Source: Lama guanicoe
Taxonomy: Eukaryota
DNA length: 64,000 nucleotides
Reading direction: 5' to 3'
Assembly: GCA_013239625.1 (NCBI GenBank)
Contig: MU054323.1
Location: forward strand, 6,003,220 to 6,067,219
In this document: positions 37,301 to 49,705 of the stretch, one piece after another
Layout: the number at the start of each line of letters is the position of its first letter
Numbering within the stretch: position 1 is the first letter of the stretch
Notes under the pieces: generated by a model
The model's input: only the letters and a program-made list of their open reading frames with translations
Told to the model about the DNA's origin: nothing
Databases searched by the model: none
Made by a program: the position numbers and the translations under genes

Positions 37301-39789
37301 GTGTGTGTGAGAGTTTAACATCCCTGTGTTTGCCTGAGGCAAAAATGAGAATCCAGGCGGCATTCATTGGGCTGCTTGCATACACACGTGCACACTGGCA
37401 CATGTGCTGTGCCCGGGCACACACAGCCCTGTCCTGGTTGCACCCACGTTCCCTGATGCCAGCTCCCCCTGTCACCACGGATGGCCACGTGGGAGCTCTC
37501 ACTGCACAGTCGCAGAAAGAACGGATTGCCCCTCTCCAAGGACAGATCTCAAACTCACACGCACAGCAGGGTCTGCAACTGAGACAATCCCAGAGTGCCG
37601 GCTTACAACCCCGTGGCGGCCCGGGGAAGGGCTTCAGGGGAGGCCTGGGCTGCACTTTGCTGGTGATGGGGAGTCCTCGTCATGCTGGGTCCCTGGGCTG
37701 GCCCCCTCCCAGCACTGGCATGGGGCGCCGGATTGCTCAAAATGGCCGTATTGAAGTTAGGCTTGAGAGTACAGAACTGCGGTTCCTGCGGCTGCCCGAT
37801 CCCAGGGGCATCCTTCTTCAGACCCAGAAGGCTAGGGGAGCAGGGCGGGCATGGGAAGGCCCGGCCTGGCATGCTGCCCCTTGGGAGCAGCCAGCACTCA
37901 GTCCAGCTCGCCCAGGGAAGGGTCCCAGGAAACTCCCGGATGCCGGTCCCAGCGTTCTTTCCTATTAAGGAGCGGTTAGTACATAAGCAGCTCCTGCGGG
38001 GCAGGCGAGGGCACGAGGAGTAGAGAACGCTTCTGTTTCTCAGTGTCGGCGGCCATGAGGAGAGACGTGCATCTTGCAAAACTGTCTGAAGCTGGTGGTG
38101 AGGACACCGGCTGAGCTTCAAGGCCAGTGAGTCCAAGGCCCAGGTGCACCACTGGTCTTGCCTAAGTCTCTTAGCACGCCATGGTCCCCGTACCCCCACC
38201 TACGAAGAGGGGACAATGCAATACCCCTGAATACCTCACAGTTGTAGAAAATGTCTAGGAGCTCTCCGGATGAGGAAGCCAGGGCTTGTCCCGTCAGTGG
38301 TAACAAGAAGAGAAGACATTGAAGGACATGTCGGTTTCTTTAGTCACCTTTTCAATTGTCATTGACTCCTATAGTCGTGAAATATCTTTAAATATTTTAA
38401 TATATATAACGTATGTCATGTAATACCTTATATACATTTAATATGGAAAATATGTTTATATTTACATATACAAATATTTACATATTTGTATACATGTAAA
38501 TATGCACATAGTGAATGTTGGAAAAATATGAGCAAGAGGAATCCTTAATGAGGATATTGGTACTCATTCCTAATAGTACCCATGATTTTTTTCCCTCTAG
38601 CGTTTGTCAGTTGTGTGGACAGGGAAATATGTGTATTCCTGTTTGTAATTTTTAAACAAAAGAGAAAAATGAGCCCAGTCTCCTTGCAAGGTGCCGCGTC
38701 CCTCCTCTGTGCTTCCTTCCACATGTGGGTGACATAGAGCTCCTCTGAGCTCAGCCACTGCTGTCTAGGTTTCGTCATCCCACCACCTTCCTTAGTGTGT
38801 CCCCCAAAGGTCCTGGCCCTACTCACATTCTGCAGGGAGTGTATATATATATATATATGTATGTGTGTGTATATGTGTGCCACTTGAGGGGTTATGCCAC
38901 ATTATCCACAAGGTTTCAAGTGTGGGGCCAGCCTAGGAGCAAAGAGGAAATTTGTTCCCGCATATTAACTGGAACACAGCCCAAGCTGGAGGTTGGTGAC
39001 ACCGAAATAATTGGAGGTAAGAGCTGTGAGGCCATTAAGATAAATTTTTGACATAAAAATGTAGGCTGGTTCATAAAAGGTTGCAGTGACAATAGGTTAT
39101 AGTGACAGCTTTTCAACAACTGTATAAGTCTCCAGATGGAAGGGAATTCAGCATAATGAATTATAGGCGGCCTGGACAACACAGCATCCTTTTATAGGCA
39201 TAGATCTAAGGGAAGAATAAAGTTATTCAGACGGGCCCATATTAAATAGCATTATTGTTAAAATATGAAGTGGAGAAGAAGGGAAAGGGCTAGAGACTTA
39301 AAGCCTCAGCTACTGAGGCGGAAAGTCCTTGGTCTTCCAGCCCGGGCACTGGGCGTTCGTGACTCCATTCTCCAGTCTGATGAGCATCTTTGTCCCAGGA
39401 TCCCAAGCTGACGTCCACATGTACCTGGCAGCACTCCCAGGCCTTCTTATGTAGGGAGCATTGTTCCTGCACCAGCTCAGTTTTTGCGCTTTCACCCTTT
39501 TGATGACATTGCCTCCCCTGACTCCTGGATGAGCGATGCAGGACCTTCTTAAATGGAATGTTCTCTGAATGGAGATTCCTGCCAGAAAGAAGAGAGCTCA
39601 AGGAAGGAGTGGAATCCATCAGGCTTGGAGACGGGAAAAGACCTGGCTCACACGGAACCCTTCCTGCCAGAGTCTGCTCTAGGGCCACTGCTCAAGTTCT
39701 TGTCTCCCAGTCAGAGAGCAGAAGAGGCCACCTTTGACCCTGTCCACCTCTACTTAGCTAAGAATAAAAACAGCCACAGTGATAACCAT

Positions 39790-40706
39790 CATTCTTGCAT
39801 GCCTGCATCACATCTGACACTGCACTTAACACTCTGCATCATCTCACTTAAGCCTCACAACAACCCTATGACATAAGTACTGTTATTCCCATTTTACAGA
39901 TAAGAAAACTGAGGCCTAGGGAAGTTAACCCATACCTCGCTAATGTTCAAACTGTTTGGAGGGTTTTTTTAATTGAAGTATAGCCTATTTACAACATTGT
40001 GTTAGTTTCTGGCATACAGCATAGTGATTCAGCTATACATATATGTATATTCCTTTTCATATTCTTTTTCATTATAGACTATTACAAGATACTGAATATA
40101 GTTGCCTATGCTATACAGTAAGACCTTACTGTTTATCTATTTTATATATAGTAGTTAGGATCTGCAAAGCCCAAACTCCCAATTTATCCCTGCCCACTCC
40201 CTTTCCTCTCTGGTAACTGTAAGTTTATTTTCTACTTCTGTGAAGCTGTTTCTGTTCTGTAAATAAGTTCATTTGTATAATTTTTTTTGATTCCACATAT
40301 AAGTGATATCATATGGTATTTTTCTTTCTCTTTCTGGCTTACTTCACTTAGTATGAAAATCTCCAGGAAATGTCATTATTTCATTCTTTTTATGACTGAG
40401 TAGTATTCCATTGTATAAATATACCACAACTTCTTTATCCAGTTATCTGTCAATGGACATTTAGGTAGCTTCCATGTCTTGGCTATTGTAAATAGTGTTG
40501 CTACGAACTTTGGGGTGCATGTATCTTTTCGAATCAGAGTTTCCTCTAAATATATGCCCAAGAGAGGGATTGCTGGATCATACAAGTCTGTTTTTAGTTT
40601 TTTAAGGAATCTCCATACTGTTTTCCACAATGGCTGCACTGTCTGGAATTTAAATCTGGATCTGTCTCACCCCCAATTCTGGGCTCCTGACAACTCCACT
40701 GTGCTG
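39790..40706 (-). mobile_element. MIR SINE (antisense) split by an L1 insertion (parts ~39790-39950 and ~40648-40706)
   Basis: CCTCACAACAACCCTATGACATAAGTACTGTTATTCCCATTTTACAGATAAGAAAACTGAGG before the L1, and ATTTAAATCTGGATCTGTCT...GCTCCTGACAAC after it. Confidence 0.7.
39961..40637 (-). mobile_element. 5'-truncated LINE-1 (ORF2 C-terminus plus 3' UTR)
   Basis: ORF 40376-40639(-) QPLWKTVWRFLKKL...YDPAIPLLGIY...CTPKFVATLFTIAKTW..PKCP...WIKKLWYIYTMEYYS is the L1 ORF2p C-terminus. TSD ACTGTTTGGA (39951-39960) / ACTGTCTGGA (40638-40647). Confidence 0.93.
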
Positions 40707-41357
40707 TACCAACCCATGAACACTCACATGTTCGAAAACTGAACAAAAAGCATCATTAAAAGGGGAGAAGAGTTTTTAAATGCCTTCAAGGGCTTTTGAG
40801 GGGCTCAGCAAGCTGGGATGGAAGATTTGGTGGGCTGCTAAAATTCATATGCATGTTAAATGGGCTTTGGGTGAGAGGAAAGCATCCTTAATAGTAAAAT
40901 GTCTGAGTCCAGTGGTTTCACTCTGGGTGTGTGAATTTGGGTGAACAATTTGCTAATGGCAGTTAAATAAGATGAAGTAATTTATATGGTTGTAAAGGAG
41001 CAAAATTCCATGCTGGAACAGGCATGTACTTTCAAGCCTCCGCTCTGGGTGGTTTGCCACCAGCAAGCCACTGGCGGGTCTGGGGTCTTATTAAACCATG
41101 CTGTGCTTGTGAATGATGCCCTCAGGTAAGAGCAGACCCTTTAGGGACCACCTTGGCCCCCAGGGTGGGAATTCAGGACCAAGCCAGGGTCTATAAGAGC
41201 CAAGCTATGTTCTCCATCTCATTGTGCCTTCCTTCCAGTTTCTACAGTCCTGGAATAAGAACAGATTCCTTTAGGCAAAACCACTGGAGTTGCGGGGGAT
41301 AGAGCAGGGATGCACTCTTAGCTCTGAGATGCCCAGTGAAAAATACAAGTGCACCTC

Positions 41358-41725
41358 TGTCTCAGTCAGTTCCAGTTGCTGTAACAAATATACCATAGAC
41401 TGGGTGGCTTACAAACAAGAGAAATTTATTCCTTACAGTTCTGGGCACTGAAAGTCCAAGATCAGAGTGCCAGCTTGGTCAGGTTCTGATGAGGGCTCTC
41501 TTCCAGCTTACAGACTGCTGACTTCTTACTGTGTCTTCACAGGGCAGAAAGAAGGCTGGAGAGCTCTCTGGGGTCTCTTTTATGAGGGCACTAATTCCGT
41601 TCATGAGAGTTCCATCCTCATGACCTCATCACCTCCCAAAGACCCTATCTCCTAATACCATCATGTTGTGGGGTTAGGATTTCAATATATGAATTTGGGG
41701 TGACACAAGCATTCAGTCCATAACA
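41358..41725 (-). mobile_element. MaLR solo LTR (MLT1A0-like), apparently complete
   Basis: TG...CA termini. GCTGTAACAAAATATACCATAGACTGGGTGGCTTA...AAGTCCAAGATCAGAGTGCCAGC...CTAATACCATCA...CATTCAGTCCATAACA. Confidence 0.88.
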
Positions 41726-44606
41726 TCCCCCCTACTAAACAGTGCATCTATGGTTATTAGGTTCTCAGGCTAGCCCACTTCACTGCCCAAGTTGGTCTTG
41801 CCTGACAACTTTTTTATGTTGTCTTCAGGGATTTCCACCCCATATCTTAGCATGTTGTTTGTTTATGACCCAACCTCCCATGGGTGTATCGCCAGATATA
41901 CACCCAAGGCTTCCTGGTGCCAGATACACATGGGGCTCTGTTAACAGCTGCTGCTTCAGCGTCACCGAGAGAAGGAAGCCCTCGAGGCTCTGGGTCCAGA
42001 GGAAAGCACATGGCCAGGCTGATGCAGGGTGGACAGAGCAGAGTCCAGTGGCCATGGCAGTCACAGCCCTGGAGAAACCCACTTATCCGGGGGCAGGGGA
42101 CAACAGCAAGGGTCTCTGAGTGTGTCCCTGGTCCTCAGCCCCTTTGAGAAGCATGGGCTGTCCACTCTCTAGGGCCCCAGAGGCCTGCGGGGCCATGCCT
42201 AGTTTCTGCAGGATTTGGAAACAACCAGAGTGCAAGGCCTCTTCACCCTGAAAAACAAGGGGACAGTGTGCTGGACAGTTAGACATGACGCCCTCCCCGT
42301 GCCTCCCGGAGCATCTCCTGAGTCATCTGCCCCTGCCCCCACCCTAGGCCAGTCCCAGGCAGGCGTGTTGTGTTACCCTCTCTTCTTGGGCTTTTCTTAG
42401 TAACAGTGCTGGCTGCAGTGCCTGCACAGAGGTCCCCTGGAGACATTCTGTCCTGGTCAGTCCCAGGGCTGACCCTGAGTCAGCACGCCACCCTGCCCAG
42501 GAAGCCTACTCCCCACCTGCCCAGGGTCCTGGGTGAGGTCAGTGAGCACCTTTGGGAAGCTACAAGGAGGTCAGGAAAGCCACGGCCACGGCATAGAAGC
42601 AGATGACTGTCCCTTCCAGCCAAGGGGCAGCTTCAGGCAACTGTTCTAAAAGAAAATGCTTGTTTAAACTCGGGCCCTCTCTCCCGAGGGTCTGGTTTCT
42701 GGAGGGGTGTGAGCTTTGATCTCAGGTGCTACCCCAGCCTGGCCGCTGGGGACTGCACCCCATAGGCTCAGAGAGATCAGAACTCGGGAGAGGGTCTCCC
42801 ACCCCAGGCCAGCTTGGATTGGCCAGCGATTCTGTGACTCATGGACCCCTGATTTCTCAGGAAATGATGTCACAGCTCTTGCCCATCAGCAAATGGAAAC
42901 ATGGGATTCCAGAACTGAAAGAATTCACTCATTTTACAGGTGGGTTCAGAGGCCTAGGCCTTTTCAAAGGCCCTGGGGTGTTTGGAAGAAGAGTCTCCCC
43001 TGGTCGGTTGTCTGAAAGAGGGAGCTGGAGAGGGTGTGGCCAGGGAAGAATGTTTTCTCTGTGGTACTGGAGCCCAGGAAAGCATATGAACCCGTGTGAG
43101 TCCACACCCCCCGGCCGTCCCCGGGGCCAGTGCTGGGGAGTGGCTGCCCGACGGCGGAGCCGGGCAGACTCACCATCCAAGGCTCCGATGCTGCAGCTGC
43201 ACTCAGGTCCAGAGGGAGGAGGAGTCTGTGCTCGGCTCACTGTGGAGCTCAGGGCAGGAAAGGGTTTTGTGGGGCTCCCCGGTCATCCAGCATTGTACCC
43301 ATGTCCTCCAAGGGGCTCTGCCCAGAGAAGGTGTCTGGACTTGTGGTGAGGCAGCCACAGCTCCGTGAAGTCAATTCTGCGGGCTCAGGTTTGGGTGCCT
43401 GGTGGACAGTCCCATGGCGAGACTGTCTTCAGTTCCCAGGGGCCGGAGCAGGCCCAGTGGGGACCCTGTTGCTACCCAGCATGAGGCATCTGGACCCAGG
43501 ACCGACAGACAGCTGGAAGGGCGCTTCTCCACCCTGTAACTGAGGCAGTTGCTGCTGGTTACAAGGCCTGCTGATAAGTGGTCCCACTGGGACATGGGTG
43601 TCACCTGAGGAAAGAACTGACAATGATGAAGGTGGCAGATTTCCTGGGAGGCAGTGTCGCTTCCAGGCAGCAGCAGAAGCCCTGGAGGTGGACACTGAGA
43701 GCTTTTCCCTCTGGTTCTGACATTGGACGTGCCCCGAGGACTCAGGCCACTGGAGCATCGGGTGCTCATCTGCAAAATGGAAAGACCAGGCCACTTTGGG
43801 TCATTTGTGTTCGTCAGAGGGAGAGGGAGAGAGAGAGAGAGGAGCAAGATCAGGCATGAGAACAGAAAGGAAGCCTGTAAGATGTGCACGGATCCCACCC
43901 ACCCCTTGCAGTTAGGCAGGACCCCTCCCTTGAAGCTGCCTCCTTCCACCCATCCCCGACACTCCTCCTCTCTGCTGCTTGGCTGGCTGTAGGCGTGAGG
44001 TCCCCTCCTGACTCAGCTCACTGCCCTCACCCAGGGCTGCAGCCAGGGCCCAGAAGCAGTTGTCTTCTTGGCCACTTGCAGAACCCAGGGCCAGGCCCCT
44101 TTGATGGTGAAGCAGGAAGGTCCTATGGACAGTCAGCCAAGGGTCTGCCCTGCCTGCTGGAGTCCCGCCTGATCCAGCCTGACCTGACCTCTTTACTCCA
44201 TAAGACCCTGGAGTAAGTCCTCAACTGCTTGGGGGACAATATGGCCCTGTTTCTTGTTGGATGACCTCCATGCTGCGCTGTGTCCCTGCTGGAGGCGGTC
44301 CGAGGGGCGCAGGCTCCCCAGGGACGGCTGCCTGTGAGGGACACGGAGGAAGCCCTCACCCTGAATCTTCTCTCTGTTTTGTTGTAAATGTTCATTTTTG
44401 CTGATTAAAGTGTCTGTGCAGATTGACACATATCCTAGCCTCTGGGCCTGAAAGAAGGAGGAATTCTAATAAAAGCAGGAACGTTATCCAGAGCCGCCTC
44501 CTTCTCGGGTACTTCAGCACTGTGGAATCCCACCATGTCTTCAGGAACTGGGAGAAGTCCTTGAAGGACAAGTTAGAGTATATGGGGGTGAGGATCAGGG
44601 TCAACC

Positions 44607-44608
<2 letters not shown>

Positions 44609-44647
<39 letters not shown>
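44609..44647. repeat. Perfect (TG)~19 microsatellite
   Basis: Read directly. Confidence 0.95.
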
Positions 44648-44650
<3 letters not shown>

Positions 44651-46825
44651 AAAGAGAGGGAGAGATTCAAGAGAGACGTACAGAGCTGATTCCCGAACAT
44701 TCTTCAGACACTCAGGAAGGTGCTGCAGGCAGAAGCCCTGCTTCAGCGGCAAAACCGGGCCTTGAGCCCAGCGGGTGCTCAGAGAGCCAGGAGGCCTTTC
44801 CCCCAGCAGGCTCTGCTGCGAGGTGCGGGGGTCTCTGTGACTTCATTTGTTTAGGACCCCTTTTGGGACTGCCCTTCCCGTGACTTGCTGTCATGAGCTG
44901 ACTATCTGTTCTGTCTAGCTGCCAGATCTAAGGCACCATGTTGGACATTGTCTGACGGATTCTTAAGGGATCTGCCCAAAATTTCATGTTCAACCTGACC
45001 AATTTAACAAGGAAAGTTTCACTTTATGAAATTCTTCTTCTTATAAAACACAATTAGCTGTTTTAACCTCCTGAGGGAATGAATCATTCATTGCTTGGTG
45101 TGAGTAGATTTTATCAGAGTTTTTATCCCAAAGCTAAATGGAAATCAGAGGGGAGGGGAAGAGGAGAGTCTCACCTGGGGGGTCTGGGCACTCAGGGAGC
45201 AGGTGCTTGTGGGCTCATCAGGGAGGGGAGAAGGCAGCTAGAGACCCGCTGAGCCCCCACTGAACGGCAAACGCTATCCTGGTACCTCAGCCACCCAAGG
45301 AGTACTCAGGGCGGTGCCATCTGTGTCCTGCAGGCAGGAGATGGTGACTCAGAGGGGCTGGCCAATTGCCCAGAACACACAGAGACTTGAAAGCAGGCCC
45401 TCTGACCCCAGAGAAGAATCTCTTTTCCCTGCCCCGTGCTGGTGATGCCAAGAAGGATGAGGTGCAGTGGAAAAATGATTGAGAAACCCCAGGAGGGAAC
45501 GCAGAAAAGGAGGTGGGAGACTACAGTGATGCACTTGGCTTTTTCAGTCTTGGACTCAATGGGAAAGTTGTTTTTAACTGAGTATCTGAAATTGAATCAT
45601 ATACGATTATACACAGACTTGGTACCTCATTCTTTAAAGGGCCCTGAACTTTGTTTCTTCGGTGAGCAAGGCTCTGTTGTAATATGTGCTGCTATTTCCC
45701 AAGTTATCATGGAGTCAATTTAGATTCTCACACACCCCTCTCTTTCTCAGGGCCTTGAAGTGACCCAGGATAGGGAGGGAGGGGCAGTGAGTCTCCAGCT
45801 TTGAGGTTACCCATCATTGGCCAAAAAGGTCACCTTTTGGTGTTCATACCAAGATGTCAGTAATATCCACCTCTCTTCCTGGTGTGATGAGAAAAAAAAG
45901 CAGTGCCCAGAAATAATCTGGAAGACGTTACTACATACAGAAGGGAGAAAAACTGTGTCGGTAAACATGCAAATGGCAGTATCTCCTTGTCAAGTTTTAG
46001 TCTTTTGTTTTGTTTTCTCTTGAACACATCTATAGCTTATTGTCTGTGCCCGGAACTCCCATTCGTACTGTGAGATCTCCCCTCTCTTGCCCCGAACCGC
46101 ATTGAACGGTTTGGTTTTATGTACATCCTTCTTCCCAGCAAGGCTGCAGTCTCCTTGGAGTTAGAGCCTGCCTTCTTCCTCTTTGTCTTATCTTCAATGC
46201 CTGGGATATCATAGGAGCTCAGAAAAATGTTTGTTGTTTTGTGTTTATTCAAAGTTAGAGCTATAATTCACAAAATACACACCTCGCGTGTACTCGGGTA
46301 AATTCTTCCTTTAATTGAAATGCATTCATTTGAGAAAGCGTTGCTGATAGGAAGCAGATAACTGGAGAACTGATGGTTTTCTAAGTGCCGTGAGCCCCTC
46401 AGGATGTAAATTACAATATGGAGCATTTAGATACCAAACCCGTTGGGGGAGGTACTGAGGATTATCCATTCTCGCACAGCACACTCGATACAAACCCCAA
46501 CTCATATTAATTAAAAATTCTAAATCACACAATCGTTTTTTCCTGGAAATACTTTTATGCTTCGTTTTATTTATCACCATTAATAATAACAATAATGATA
46601 ATAATAATAAAACGACTATGTGATTAAGGTGCAGATAAGCAATTAGGAAACAAAATATTTATGGGTTTTTAGAAAGCCTCACACTAGGAACAGGAACAAA
46701 GTAACTACAAGAAGGTTTGTATCAGAGCCCGTTCCAGGAGGTTTTTGACTGGGAGTTGAGGTCAGTTACAGGGTTCTACTTTGTGATTCTGTTAACCGGT
46801 TCCCCTGATCGTGATCAGTTAGTCA

Positions 46826-47435
46826 CTCATTCATATGACAAACATGTATTAAGTGTGTGCCAGGCCGAGTGCTAGATGCTGGGGGCACAGTGGTAACCAG
46901 AATGGTCCCCACTCTCGAGGTCCAGGGTGGCAGCCAACATGCGTGTGTCTATTACACAGTAAAATGTGATCAGCAAAGGTGGTGGTAGGTCCTGTGAGCC
47001 TTGGGGGAGCTTTCCCTGTGGGTAATTGGTCCAAGCTGAGACCTGTAGAATGAGTTGGAGACATCCAGGTGAAAGTTGGCTGGTGGGGAAGAGTGAGCTC
47101 CCTGGAGAGACCCAGTGACAAAAAGAGAGCTGGGTACTCCGTTGGACTGAAAGTAGTTCAGTTCCTTTACTGACAGGGGTAGCGATCAGACCTGAGTTGG
47201 AGAGGTCAGTTTGGACCACATCCTGAGGGTAGTAGGGAGCCACTGAAGGGTTTATCAGAATAGTGATCAGGCCTGCCCTTCAGAATGTTCATTCTGGCTG
47301 CATCTCAGGGTAATAACAGGAAGCAGGACCTCCAGGGTAGAGCCAGATGCAGAAATTCATGATGAGGGTGGCCTGGATATCAGTAGTAACAGTGGGGAAA
47401 AGAGAAATGGGAGGGTTCGAGAAATTCGGGACAGG
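46826..47435 (-). mobile_element. L2 3' region (antisense)
   Basis: CTCATTCATATGACAAACATGTATTAAGTGTGTGCCAGGCCGAGTGCTAGATGCTGGGG...GGGAGCCACTGAAGGGTTT...CATTCTGGCTGCA. Confidence 0.7.
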
Positions 47436-47489
47436 TGATGACAATAACAATGACAGGTGTTCGATAAGCTCTTACTATTCTCCAGACCG

Positions 47490-47725
47490 AGAAACACGGT
47501 CAGTGCTTTCCGTGTTTGTCTGATACACTCTTTAAACAAAACATTTTGAGGTAGCGTTTATTATCCCCATTTTATGGGTGAGGATTCTGAGCTACAAAGA
47601 AGTTAAATAATTGGCCCAAGACTGTACACACCACTGATCTAAGTGGCAAATGTGAACCAGACTCCTATTTGGATTTGAACCCAAACAGCTGTTTGATTCC
47701 AGAGCCCATAGTCCCAACTAATGCA
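47490..47725 (-). mobile_element. MIR SINE (antisense)
   Basis: TTATTATCCCCATTTTATGGGTGAGGATTCTGAG...GTTAAATAATTGGCCCAAG...GGATTTGAACCC...TGATTCCAGAGCCC. Confidence 0.75.
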
Positions 47726-47949
47726 TTCAGTAACGTGGCCATGGGAGGTCTGTCACTCAGCTGGGAAGGATGAGCATTTGAGTGTTGGTGTGAAAAATAC
47801 ATCAGACAGTCCCTTGGGGCTCACGTGGTGGCAGAAGCAGTGGAGAGCCCACATCGTTTGTACAAGGAGACACAAGAAGACAACATGAGCAAACATCAGT
47901 GAAAACAACAAAAATAGAGACTGAGACCCACCGGGGCCCCAGGTACGCT

Positions 47950-49705
47950 GGAGTTTACAGGCACAGACACAAACAACAAACTTTAAAAAAAAAATTATAC
48001 CTTACCATGGTCAAAGTGTTAGAAGACAAAATCAGAGTTTTCAACAGAGAATGAGAAACGATATATATATATATATATATTTTAAAGAACCAAATGTAAA
48101 TAAACACATAATACCCAAAATTAAGAACTCAATAGTGAGTTTAACATGCAACCAGAGAGAGAAACATGAGTTAAAAGATTGATTAGAAAAGATACCAGCT
48201 TTAAGTACAGAGAGACAAGAGAAAAAATTATCCAAAAGAAGTAATTTAAGGCAAAAGACATTGCTGTTTCAGTGAAAAAGTCTAACATATGTATTATTGG
48301 AATTCCAAAGGAAGTTCAGAGAAAATGGGTCAGAAGCAGTAGTTCAAGACAGAATGGCTGAGAACATTCCAAAACTTTCAAAAGACATCAAGTCACGGAT
48401 TCGAGAAGCTCTTCAAATTCCAAGCAGAATAAATAAAAAGAAGACCACACCGAGGCACTCATAGCAATACTGCTGAAAACTGGTAACAAGGAAAAATCAG
48501 GGGAAAAAAGGTTACTTTCAAGGTACAGTAATTAAACATGTAATTTTGGAAGACAGAAGACAATGGGCACGTCTTTAAATGCTGAAAAAACTGTCAGCTT
48601 CGAATTTTATATCCAGTGACCATACCCTTCAAGAACAAAATGAGATTTTTTTAATTACAGACAAACAAAAACTGAAATAATTTCTCACCAGAAAACCCAT
48701 GCTAAAGGAAATACTAAAGTATATTCTTCAAGCAGAAAGAAATTAATTCGGGATGAAAGGTTGCAGTTTCAGGAAGGAATGAAAAACAGCAGAAATGTAG
48801 ACATGTATGTCTAAATGGATCTTAGCTTATAAAACAATAAAAAATACTCCCGTATGGAGCTTACCACATAGAGAGAAAAAAATAGATGCAAAAACGGCAT
48901 AGAAAGGGGAGTTAAATTATTGTAAGGCCCTTGAACTGACAAAGAAGAGAGTATAGGTATCAATTAATATATGGCATCAATAAGGCAAGGATACAGGTAG
49001 TAAAATTTATGGATATTACAATGAAATAAGACAAAATATTTACTCTGAAGAAAGCAAAGTAAAAGAGAAAGAAAGGTGAATGTGGAACAAGTGAGACCAC
49101 ACGAAAGCATTTCATAAAATGATAAATTTAAACCTAAAATACATCAGTAAGTTTATCAAATGTATATGTTCCAACTGAAAGACAAACTGATTTTGAAAGT
49201 TCTACTATATGCTATTTATTAAAAAAACACACACACATTCAAGGATAAAATATATAGAACAATTAAAAGTAGAAAGACAGGAAAAGATTCCATGTGAAAA
49301 GCAGGTATAACTACATCAATATCAAACTAAATAGACTTGAAGACAAAAAGCAGTACTTTCAGAGATAAAAATAGAGTTAAAGGACATCCCGTATTTTTTT
49401 TAAAACTCAGTTCACCAGGAAGGTAACAATAATTGCATGCACATAAGAACACAGCCTCAAAATGTATGAGGCAAAAATTGATGGAACGACAAGGAAAAAA
49501 ATGGAAAAAAATCCACAACCACAGTGGGAAATTTTTAACACATTCTCTAAACAATGGCTAGAATAAGCAGTTCAAAACAAAAGTGAGGGTACAGAAAATT
49601 TGAGAATGCAATTAGTAAACACGTCTCAGTGGACAGGTATAGAATATTGTGCACAAAAGCTAGGGAATGCACATTCCTTAGAATCACAGATAATACTTAT
49701 AAGCA
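47950..49705 (+). mobile_element. Ancient decayed LINE-1 5' region (ORF1 3' half, spacer, ORF2 endonuclease start; L1M-type)
   Basis: Strongly A-rich + strand. ORF1-like TCTAACATATGTATTATTGGAATTCC...AATGGCTGAGAACATTCCAAAACTT...GAATTTTATATCCAG. EN-like TCAAACTAAATAGACTT...CAGCCTCAAAATGTATGAGGCAAAAATTGA. No intact ORF. Confidence 0.8.

Noticed and set aside
37303..38199. Overlapping 221-aa (+) and 198-aa (-) ORFs; similar cases at 3916-4473, 42726-43349 and 43371-43949
   Set aside because: No domain similarity or codon bias that I can see. Such lengths are expected by chance in GC-rich intron when alternative starts are allowed.
44513..44535. Possible REST/RE1 site (TTCAGCACTGTGGAAT)
   Set aside because: Only the left half-site matches. 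The GGACAG right half is absent.
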